DNA from: Pleomorphomonadaceae bacterium
GTDB taxonomy: Bacteria > Chloroflexota > Limnocylindria > QHBO01
DNA length: 34,585 bases
Assembly: GCA_035514415.1 (NCBI GenBank)
Contig: DATKBC010000116.1
Location: 1-34,585 of the forward strand
Direction of reading: 5' to 3'
The notes under the pieces are model-generated. The model did not search any database, had not been told where the DNA came from, and saw nothing but the letters and a program-made list of their open reading frames with translations. Shown here one piece after another: positions 9,455-16,427 of the stretch; positions within the stretch are counted from its first letter, which is position 1, and the number at the start of each line of letters is the position of its first letter. A program made the translations under genes and the position numbers.

Positions 9455-10303
9455 ATGGCGATCCCCGGCTCCGGCCTGCTCACCGGCATGGGTGTCACGC
9501 TGCGCAACCTCTTCCGCCCCAAGGTGACGCAGCAGTACCCCGAGGTGCGCCCCGCCATGGCCGAGCGCTGGCGAGGGCGGCTGGACCTCATCTACGACCC
9601 GTTCGGCGAGCACAAATGCGAGGTCTGCTTCCAGTGCGCCATGGTGTGCCCGGTGGAAGCCATCGACATGAGCGGCTTCGACTCGCAGGGCAACAAGATC
9701 CGATACGGGCTGCCCGAGATCTATGACGAGCGTCGCGATCCGAACGCCTTCCGGCGGGCCGGCCTTCCATCCAGACCGATGCGCAACGCGGCGCGATGGG
9801 AGGAAGCGGTCGACACCGCCTGGGTGGACCAGGTCATCGATGGGTTCGGCGGACGCCCCGAATCGCTGGTCGCCATCTTCGGCGCGGTCCAGACCCGATA
9901 CGGGTACCTGCCCGAGCCGGCGCTGCGCCGGATCAGCGACCGGATGACGATCCACTGGGCCCAGGTCTTCGGGGCGGCGGGGCTGGGCGGCTTCCGGCTG
10001 CTGCCCACCGAGGGGCACCTGGTGACCGTGTGCGACTGCGCGGCGTGCCGCTTCGCCGGCGGCGACAAGCTCCTGACAGCTCTGGAGGAGGAACTGGGCA
10101 TCGGGGCCGGTGAGACGACCGATGACGGCGCGTTCACCCTGGAGACCGATGCGAGCGTGGGAGCGGGGGCGATTGCGCCGGCGGTGCGGATCGACACCCT
10201 GGTCTACGGGCCACTCAACGTGGACGAGGCGCGCCACCTGATCTACGCCCGGCGGGCGGAAAAAACCCGCGCCAGGAAGGCCGGCGCCGAGGCGCGCGCC
10301 TGA
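9455..10303 (+). CDS. Fusion protein: N-terminal half of NuoI (one 4Fe-4S Cys motif) joined to a NuoE-like thioredoxin-fold domain with incomplete Cys ligands
   Basis: Residues 1-95 are NuoI-like: GVTLRNLFRPKVTQQYPE, RGRL, then C55-x2-C58-x2-C61-x3-C65-P and VEAIDM. No second Cys motif follows. Residues ~120-265 are NuoE-like: RYGYLPEPALRRIS, VTVC193DC195AAC198RFAGG, LGIGAGETTDDGAFTLE and APAVRID. Confidence 0.75.
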   Translation: MAIPGSGLLTGMGVTLRNLFRPKVTQQYPEVRPAMAERWRGRLDLIYDPFGEHKCEVCFQCAMVCPVEAIDMSGFDSQGNKIRYGLPEIYDERRDPNAFRRAGLPSRPMRNAARWEEAVDTAWVDQVIDGFGGRPESLVAIFGAVQTRYGYLPEPALRRISDRMTIHWAQVFGAAGLGGFRLLPTEGHLVTVCDCAACRFAGGDKLLTALEEELGIGAGETTDDGAFTLETDASVGAGAIAPAVRIDTLVYGPLNVDEARHLIYARRAEKTRARKAGAEARA

Positions 10304-11649
10304 TGGCGGCCGGCCTCTCCCCGCAGATCCGGATCCTCCCCGGCGGGGAGCAGCGCCTGCTGGCCGGGATCGGGAAGCTGGACGCCGAGTCGCTGGCTGC
10401 GTACCGCAAGGCCCATGGCTACCGCGGCCTGACGCGCGCCATCACCAAGCTCTCCCCGGACCAGGTCATCACCGAGATCTTTGCGTCCCGCCTCCGCGGC
10501 CGAGGCGGCGCCGGGTTCCCGGTGGCCGACAAGTGGCGCGCCAGCCGTTCCGCGCCCGGCGAGCGGAAGATCGCGATCGCCAACCTGATGGGCGCCGACC
10601 CGACCTCGCTGGGTGACCGCGCGCTGGCCGAGGGCAACCCGCACCTCGTCCTGGAGGGGCTCATCATCGCGGCCGCCGCGGTGGGCGCCTCCGAGGCCAT
10701 CCTGGCCGTGCGCCGCGACTGGATCGCGGCCATCGAGCGCCTCCGCAAGGCGGTGGCGGATGCCGAGGCCGCGCACCTGGCGGGCTACCTGATCCAGGGC
10801 ACCGACGTGTCGGTCCAGGTGTCGGTGTGGGAAGGCTCCGGCGCCTACGTGGCGGGGGAGGAAACCGCCCTCATCCACGCCCTCCAGGGCGACCGCGGCA
10901 TGCCGCTCATCCGACCGCCGTACCCCGCCGCGCGCGGGCTGTGGGGCGTCCCGACCCTGGTCCACAACGGCGAGACCCTGGCCCACGTGGCCTGGATCCT
11001 GGGCCACTCGGCAGCCGATTTCGCCAAGGTCGGGCCGGAGGAGTCGCCCGGCACCAAGCTGGTCACCATCGCCGGGGCGGTGCGCAACCCAGGCCTGGCG
11101 GAGGTGGCCATGGGCACTTCGGTCGCCGATATCGTCAAGCTGGCCGGCGGGTCGACCGGGACGGTGAAGGCCGCGTTCGTGGGCGGGCCGGGAGCGGGCG
11201 CGCTGGCAGCTGCCGAGCTGTCCTCCACGGGCTACGAATATGGCGCCCTGGGCGCCGCCGGCGCCCATATCGGTTCCGGATCGGTCCTGGTCACCGACGC
11301 CGCCACCTGCATGGTGGCCACGGCCCGCTTCCTGCTGGACTACTCCGCGCGCGAGGCGTGCGGAAAGGCTGTCCCGTGCCGGATCGGCCCGTTGCGCCTG
11401 GTGGAGACCCTGGACCGCATCCTGGCCGCCACGCCGCGTCCCAACGACCTGATCCTTCTGCGCGAGCTGTCGGCCAAGATCGCGGACACGGCCCTGTGCC
11501 GCCTCGAGTCGCTTGCCCCCAGGCCCATGCTCACGACCCTGGACCGCTTCGCGGACGAGTACCGCGCCCACGCCGAGCGGGGGGTCTGCCTGGCCGGCTC
11601 ATGCAAGACGGACCCGGTCGCCCCGCTGCTCGCGCCGCTGGCGTCATAG
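10303..11649 (+). CDS. nuoF: NuoF-like (51 kDa-type) flavoprotein subunit, divergent
   Basis: Motifs are RLRGRGGAGFP, GSGAYVAGEETAL, RPPYPAARGLWGVPTLVHNGET, SPGTKLVTIAG and C353-GK-A356-VP-C359...C399. The ATG overlaps the upstream TGA (TGATG). Confidence 0.75.
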   Translation: MAAGLSPQIRILPGGEQRLLAGIGKLDAESLAAYRKAHGYRGLTRAITKLSPDQVITEIFASRLRGRGGAGFPVADKWRASRSAPGERKIAIANLMGADPTSLGDRALAEGNPHLVLEGLIIAAAAVGASEAILAVRRDWIAAIERLRKAVADAEAAHLAGYLIQGTDVSVQVSVWEGSGAYVAGEETALIHALQGDRGMPLIRPPYPAARGLWGVPTLVHNGETLAHVAWILGHSAADFAKVGPEESPGTKLVTIAGAVRNPGLAEVAMGTSVADIVKLAGGSTGTVKAAFVGGPGAGALAAAELSSTGYEYGALGAAGAHIGSGSVLVTDAATCMVATARFLLDYSAREACGKAVPCRIGPLRLVETLDRILAATPRPNDLILLRELSAKIADTALCRLESLAPRPMLTTLDRFADEYRAHAERGVCLAGSCKTDPVAPLLAPLAS

Positions 11650-11659
11650 GATTGGACCG

Positions 11660-14059
11660 ATGACCTTCGCTGGCGGCAACGGCAACGGGAAGGGCAACGG
11701 CTCCGGCAACGGGGGCATGATCGGGGCGTTCGAGGACTACGCCCCCATCTGGCCGGTGGTCCCCGGCACGCGCAAGATCACGGTCACGATCAACGGCCGC
11801 CAGGTGCAGGCCGAGGAAGGGCAGACCATTCTCCAGGCCTGCCGCGTGCTGGGGCTCGAGATCCCGACCCTGTGCTACGAGCCCAAGCTGTCCCCGTACG
11901 GGGCCTGCCGGATCTGCGTGGTCGAGGTGGAGGGCCAGGACAACACGCCCATCTCGTGTGGCACCCAGATCACCGAAGGGATGGTCATCACCACCCACTC
12001 GGAGCGGGTCATCGAGAACCGCCGCCTGGTGCTGGAGCTGATCTTCTCCGACCACGACGCGTACTGCCTGCCGCCCCGCCAGTTCAAGTGCCCCACCCGG
12101 GTCGACATCCCCGGCTACCTGAAGGCCAACTCGGAGGGCAACTGGGAAGAGGCGACCCGCATCCTGAAGCGGTCACTCCCCTTCCCGGCAATCCTGGGCC
12201 GGGTGTGTCCCGCGCCGTGCGAGACCCACTGCCGGCGCGAGGAAGTGGACACCGCCATCGCCATCCGCGACTCGCATCGGTACTGCGCCGACCGCGTGCT
12301 GGAAGTGGACGCGCCGGCCCCGCTGCCGTGGCCGAAGGAGTCGGACACCGGTCGCCGGGTGGCGATCGTGGGTTCAGGGCCGGCCGGCATGACGGTGGCC
12401 TACTACCTCCAGCTGCGCGGGCATCACTGCGACGTGTTCGAGGCCGATCCCGAGCAGGGCGGCATGCTTCGCTACGGGATCCCCGAGTACCGACTGCCCA
12501 AGGGCTGGATGGACCGCGAGTTGAACCACGTGTGGGAGCTGGGCGCGACCTTCAAGCCGAACATGCGCCTGGGCCGCGACTTCCACCTGGCCGATCTGCT
12601 GGACCAGGGCTACGACGCCGTCTTCGTGGGCACAGGCTGCTACAAGTCGAACGAGATGGGGATCCCCAACGAGTTCGCCGACGGGACCGTCAACGCGCTG
12701 GAGAACCTGTACAACAGCACGCGCGGGGTCCTGGTGCCACGCCTCAAGGGCGCGCGGGTGGTCGTGATCGGCGGCGGGTTCACGGCCATCGACTGCACCC
12801 GGACCTCCCTCCGCCAGGGCGCGAAGTCGGTGACGATCGTCTACCGCCGGGACCTGAAGGACATGCCGTCCCAGGACGAGGTCCACGAGGCCATCGAAGA
12901 GGGGGCCACCGTCATCTTCCAGGCCGCGCCGGTCCGGGTGGTGACCGATGCAAAGGGTCAGGTGACCGGAGTCGAGTTCCAGAAGATGCACCTGGGCGAG
13001 CCCGATGAGAAGGGCCGGCGACGGCCGGAACCCATGCCCGGCACCGAGTTCATCGTCGAGTGCGACACGGTCCTGGGGGCCATCGGCCAGGGACCGGAGC
13101 TAGGGTGGATCGACTCCGAGCCGGAGGAGATCCGCTCCGGGCTGGAGGTCAGCCGCCAGGGGCGCCTGGTGGCCGATGCGAACACATTCCGCACCGGCGT
13201 TCCTCAAGTGTTTGCCGCCGGCGATGTGAACCTTGGCGCAACCACCGTGGTGGAGGCCATCGGCGACGGGCGACGCGCCTCCTATGCGATGGATTACTGG
13301 CTCCGTGGCCACGACCTGGACGACCCGCAGGTGCGACGCATCGTGTCCGAGCCGCAGCCCTCGTTCCTGACCATCGTGCCCTTCACCGACGACGTGAAGG
13401 AGCCCCAGGCGGTGATGGGCAAGCTGGGCGCTGAGGAACGCCGCACGAACTTCGAGGAGTACGAGCACGGCTATACCCACGACCAGGCCATGGGCGAGGC
13501 CGCCCGCTGCCTCCAGTGCACGTGCGAGGCGATTGGCCACTGCGACCTGCGCGAGGCGGCCATCGAGTACGAGACCACCCTGAACATGACGATCGACGAG
13601 CGGTCGATCCAGGACAACCCGTATGTCGGCATCAACCACGGCTACGGCCGGGACGAAACCCACTCGTTCATCCTGCGCGACTACTCGCGCTGCATTGACT
13701 GTGGCCGATGCGCCCAGGTGTGCAAGGACATCGTGGGCGCCGGGTGCTACGACTTCATCGGCAAGGGCTTCGACTCGCTGGTCACCACGGCCGACTACGT
13801 TTCGCTTAACGAGACGCCATGCGTGTCATGCGGGCGCTGCGCGGAGACCTGCCCGGTCGGAGCGCTCATGCCGCGACCACGCATCCTGGAGACCTACCAG
13901 CTCGACGTGAGCCGCTGCATCTTCTGCGGCATCTGCGCCGACGCGTGCCCTTATGACGCTCTGCGCTGCGGCCCGGAGTTCGAGTTCAGCGAGTACCAGC
14001 GCGACCTTCCCATGCTCGACATCCTCGAGATGTCCGACCGGGAGCGCCCCACCCGCTAG
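11660..14059 (+). CDS. Multi-domain Fe-S flavoprotein: 2Fe-2S and NuoG/hydrogenase-type N-terminal Fe-S domain, interrupted by a GltD-like FAD/NAD(P)H domain and ending in the C-terminal half of NuoI
   Basis: The start is ATG 11660, 11 nt after the nuoF-like stop. The ORF-track start at 11513 overlaps nuoF by 137 nt. The N-terminus is a GNG-rich tail. The 2Fe-2S motif is C72-x10-C83-x2-C86-x13-C100, followed by H132-x3-C136. GltD-like blocks are CPTRVDIPGYL, GRVCPAPCETHC, VAIVGSGPAG, VVIGGGFTAIDC, IVYRR and FAAGDV. Then come C617LQCTCEAIGHC628, RCIDCGRCAQVC and CVSCGRCAETCPVGAL. The last ~60 aa are YQLDVSRCIFCGICADACPYDALRCGPEFEFSEYQRDL, a NuoI C-terminal signature. Confidence 0.75.
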   Translation: MTFAGGNGNGKGNGSGNGGMIGAFEDYAPIWPVVPGTRKITVTINGRQVQAEEGQTILQACRVLGLEIPTLCYEPKLSPYGACRICVVEVEGQDNTPISCGTQITEGMVITTHSERVIENRRLVLELIFSDHDAYCLPPRQFKCPTRVDIPGYLKANSEGNWEEATRILKRSLPFPAILGRVCPAPCETHCRREEVDTAIAIRDSHRYCADRVLEVDAPAPLPWPKESDTGRRVAIVGSGPAGMTVAYYLQLRGHHCDVFEADPEQGGMLRYGIPEYRLPKGWMDRELNHVWELGATFKPNMRLGRDFHLADLLDQGYDAVFVGTGCYKSNEMGIPNEFADGTVNALENLYNSTRGVLVPRLKGARVVVIGGGFTAIDCTRTSLRQGAKSVTIVYRRDLKDMPSQDEVHEAIEEGATVIFQAAPVRVVTDAKGQVTGVEFQKMHLGEPDEKGRRRPEPMPGTEFIVECDTVLGAIGQGPELGWIDSEPEEIRSGLEVSRQGRLVADANTFRTGVPQVFAAGDVNLGATTVVEAIGDGRRASYAMDYWLRGHDLDDPQVRRIVSEPQPSFLTIVPFTDDVKEPQAVMGKLGAEERRTNFEEYEHGYTHDQAMGEAARCLQCTCEAIGHCDLREAAIEYETTLNMTIDERSIQDNPYVGINHGYGRDETHSFILRDYSRCIDCGRCAQVCKDIVGAGCYDFIGKGFDSLVTTADYVSLNETPCVSCGRCAETCPVGALMPRPRILETYQLDVSRCIFCGICADACPYDALRCGPEFEFSEYQRDLPMLDILEMSDRERPTR

Positions 14060-14290
14060 CCGATCAGCTCGTCGCGAGCGGGCGTGATCCGATTCGAAGC
14101 ATCCGAAGGATCGCGTAACTGGCCCGGGGCCGGATGCGCGGGCTGCAGCGTCAGGAGGAGCCCGCCAGCCACCCAAACGCCGAGCACCAGCCCTGCCGCC
14201 AGACGAACGATCACCCGCCCAGTCTGTTAGGAGGTGCCCGTACGTGCCTCGCGGCGGGCGGGGCACCCCAGCGGGTATCCTCGCCCCTCT

Positions 14291-14695
14291 ATGACGGATC
14301 TCCCCCAGCAGCCGATCGAGATGATCCTGCTCCGGCAGCTTTCGGAGCACCTGTCCATCCCGATGTGGGTCATCGACGCGGAGGGCGATCTCGTCTTCTT
14401 CAACGAGGCGGCCGAGCCCACCCTCGGCGTACGGGCCGACGACGTCGACCAAATGCCGTTCGAGACCTGGACCACCTCCTTCCGCCCTCGGGACGAGTCG
14501 GGCAATCCGCTGGCGGCGGAGGAGCTGCCCCCGGTCATCGCCCTGCGTCGGGGAGAACCGGCGCATGCCACGCTCGAGATCACCGGTGGGGACGGGGTCG
14601 CACGCCGGATCGGCGTCACGGCCTTTCCGCTGACCGGCGGGCACGGCAACATCATGGGCTCGGTGACCATGTTCTGGGAGTCCCCCGAGGCGTGA
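14291..14695 (+). CDS. Stand-alone PAS-domain sensor protein
   Basis: The protein is 134 aa. IPMWVIDAEGDLVFFNEAAEPTLG...RRIGVTAFPL...GSVTMFWE has the PAS beta-sheet pattern. I chose ATG 14291 because the GTG 14234 extension has no SD and an Arg/Pro-rich composition. Confidence 0.6.
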   Translation: MTDLPQQPIEMILLRQLSEHLSIPMWVIDAEGDLVFFNEAAEPTLGVRADDVDQMPFETWTTSFRPRDESGNPLAAEELPPVIALRRGEPAHATLEITGGDGVARRIGVTAFPLTGGHGNIMGSVTMFWESPEA

Positions 14696-15537
14696 TCGTC
14701 CGCCTGTGGGGGACGCGCGGGTCCGTGGCCGCCGCAGGGCCCCAGACGGCTCGGTACGGCGGCAATACGGCCTGCGTCGAGGTGCGCGGCGACGACGGGT
14801 CGCTGCTCGTCCTCGACGCGGGGACGGGCATCCAGCGCCTGGGCGCCGAGGTCGCCCTGGAGGCGGGGCGGATCGACATCCTGCTTACCCACCTCCACAT
14901 GGACCACATCCAGGGCCTGGGCTTCTTTGCCCCCATCTTTCGCCCCGGCTGCGAGATCCACATCTGGGGCCCGCCCTCGCCGACCCTCCACCTGCGGGCG
15001 CGCCTGACCCGGTACCTTTCTCCGCCCCTGTTCCCCATCCGGCTGCGCGACCTGCGCGCTAATTTCGATTTCCACGACGCGCCCCAGGAGCCGTTCCGCA
15101 TCGGTCCGTTCACGGTTCGAGCCGACGAGGTCATCCACCCCGGCGCGACCCTCGGCTTTCGGGTCAGCGAGAACGGCCGTTCGCTGGCCTACCTGAGCGA
15201 CCACGAGCCGGCGCTGGGCACCGGGGACGGCGATGGCGACACGTCCTGGGTGAGCGGGCTGCGCCTGGCGCGCGGGGCGGACGTGCTCATCCACGACGCC
15301 CAGTACACGACCGAGGAGCGCGCCGAGCGGCTGGGCTGGGGCCACTCCTCGTTCGCCGAAGCCATCGCATTTGCCCGCCGCGCGCAGGTCGGCAAACTGG
15401 TCCTGTTCCACCACGATCCGGCACGAACCGACGACCAGATGGACGTCCTGGCCATGGCCGCCGGGGACCTGGCCGCGTCCACGGCCAACGGCCTGCAGGT
15501 GACCGCCGGGCGCGAGGGCGATCAGCTCTTGCCGTAG
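14692..15537 (+). CDS. MBL-fold metallo-hydrolase (Lactamase_B_2-like; phosphodiesterase-type HxHxDH motif)
   Basis: GTG 14692 overlaps the PAS stop (GTGA). Motifs are VRLWGTRGS, YGGNTACVEV, LLVLDAGTG, THLHMDHIQGLGFF, LIHDAQY and LFHHDP. Confidence 0.75.
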   Translation: MIVRLWGTRGSVAAAGPQTARYGGNTACVEVRGDDGSLLVLDAGTGIQRLGAEVALEAGRIDILLTHLHMDHIQGLGFFAPIFRPGCEIHIWGPPSPTLHLRARLTRYLSPPLFPIRLRDLRANFDFHDAPQEPFRIGPFTVRADEVIHPGATLGFRVSENGRSLAYLSDHEPALGTGDGDGDTSWVSGLRLARGADVLIHDAQYTTEERAERLGWGHSSFAEAIAFARRAQVGKLVLFHHDPARTDDQMDVLAMAAGDLAASTANGLQVTAGREGDQLLP

Positions 15538-15544
15538 AATCGGT

Positions 15545-15568
15545 CACGGCCTCTGGAGCGAGGCCGTG
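15545..15568 (+). terminator. 9-bp stem-loop between the MBL gene and nuoJ (terminator-like, no U-tract)
   Basis: The sequence is cacggcctc-tggagc-gaggccgtg, a perfect inverted repeat 8 nt after the MBL stop. It is followed by tgagcgc, with no T run. Confidence 0.3.
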
Positions 15569-15601
15569 TGAGCGCTCGGTCTCGAACGGGGAGCCTCGAC
15601 T

Positions 15602-16111
15602 CTGGACATCTCGACCGTCCTCTTCGTGGTGCTCGCCGCCGGCGTCCTCGGCGGCGGCCTGGCGGCCGTCCTGCTGCGGAACGTGATCCATTCCGCGGTG
15701 GCCATGATGGTCTCCTTCGGAGCCCTGGCTGGCACCTACGCGCTGCTGGGCGCGCCCATCGTGGCCGCTGCCCAGGTCCTCATCTACCTGGGCGCGATCA
15801 GCGTCCTGATCATTTTCGCGATCATGCTGACCCAGGCCGGAGACGCGAACCTGCCGGCGCCATTCCAGCGCCAGGCGCCGGTCGCAGCCCTGGTCGCCAT
15901 CGGGATCGTGGCCCTCGTCGGATGGGCCTTGCTCCAGACCGACTGGCCCAACCCCAGCGTGATCATCCCGGTCGAGCTCGACGACCTGGCAGCCGCCGTC
16001 TTCACCGACTACGCGCTGCCGTTCGAGATCGTGGGCTTCCTGTTGCTGGCGGCCATCATCGGCGCCATCTACCTCGCCCGCCGGCCCGAAGAAGACGAGC
16101 GGATGAACTGA
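15602..16111 (+). CDS. nuoJ: NADH-quinone oxidoreductase subunit J (start uncertain: CTG 15602 or GTG 15626)
   Basis: Motifs are LRNVIHSAVAMM and AAQVLIYLGAISVLIIFAIMLT. The SD GGGGAG (15588-15593) lies 8 nt before CTG 15602, and there is no SD before GTG 15626. Confidence 0.85.
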   Translation: MDISTVLFVVLAAGVLGGGLAAVLLRNVIHSAVAMMVSFGALAGTYALLGAPIVAAAQVLIYLGAISVLIIFAIMLTQAGDANLPAPFQRQAPVAALVAIGIVALVGWALLQTDWPNPSVIIPVELDDLAAAVFTDYALPFEIVGFLLLAAIIGAIYLARRPEEDERMN

Positions 16112-16114
16112 CCG

Positions 16115-16423
16115 ATGGGCCTCGACGGCTACCTGTTCCTGTCGCTCGGCCTGTTCGGGATAGGAGCCTTCGGCTTCCTGGCCCGGCGCAACGCGATCAT
16201 GATGCTGATCTGCATCGAGCTCATGCTGAACGCGGTCAACCTGGCCCTGGTGGCCTTCAACGCGTTCGACTACTACGCCACCGATGACGCCGGCGCCGTC
16301 TTCTCGCTGCTCGTCATGGCCGTCGCGGCAGCCGAGGCGACGGTGGGCCTGGCCCTCGTCATCGCGATCATCCGCACCCGTCAGACCGCCGAGGTCGACG
16401 ACTACGCCGATCTGAAGGAGTAG
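16115..16423 (+). CDS. nuoK: NADH-quinone oxidoreductase subunit K
   Basis: The protein is 102 aa with 3 TM segments. Motifs are LARRNAIMMLICIELMLNAVNLALVAF and AAAEATVGLALV. Confidence 0.9.
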   Translation: MGLDGYLFLSLGLFGIGAFGFLARRNAIMMLICIELMLNAVNLALVAFNAFDYYATDDAGAVFSLLVMAVAAAEATVGLALVIAIIRTRQTAEVDDYADLKE

Positions 16424-16427
16424 CGCG

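Noticed and set aside
11513-11659. The ORF-track start at 11513 for the 848-aa protein.
   Set aside because: It would overlap the nuoF-like gene by 137 nt, with an Arg/Pro/Ser-rich out-of-frame-type composition. ATG 11660 follows the nuoF-like stop by 11 nt.
9455-14059. The possibility that the split nuoI is a pseudogene, a frameshift artefact or an assembly chimera.
   Set aside because: Both NuoI halves are in frame with long, motif-rich flanking domains, and no stops or frame breaks occur at the junctions. The three ORFs show tight translational coupling. I therefore kept it as a finding, but read-level verification is still required.
14056-14214. A 52-aa minus-strand small ORF (VIVRLAAGLVLGVWVAGGLLLTLQP...) with one TM-like segment, in the gap after the fusion gene.
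   Set aside because: It has no SD before its GTG and a GC3 of about 75%, which looks lower than in the clear genes by eye (I did not compute their GC3). It is below any confidence threshold without conservation data. It could be real, but I cannot support it.
14134-14691. The N-terminal 186 aa of the 467-aa ORF 14134..15537.
   Set aside because: This part overlaps the PAS ORF in another frame and is Arg/Pro/Gly-rich. The MBL homology begins at VIVRLWGTRGS, that is at GTG 14692, which is GTGA-coupled to the PAS stop.
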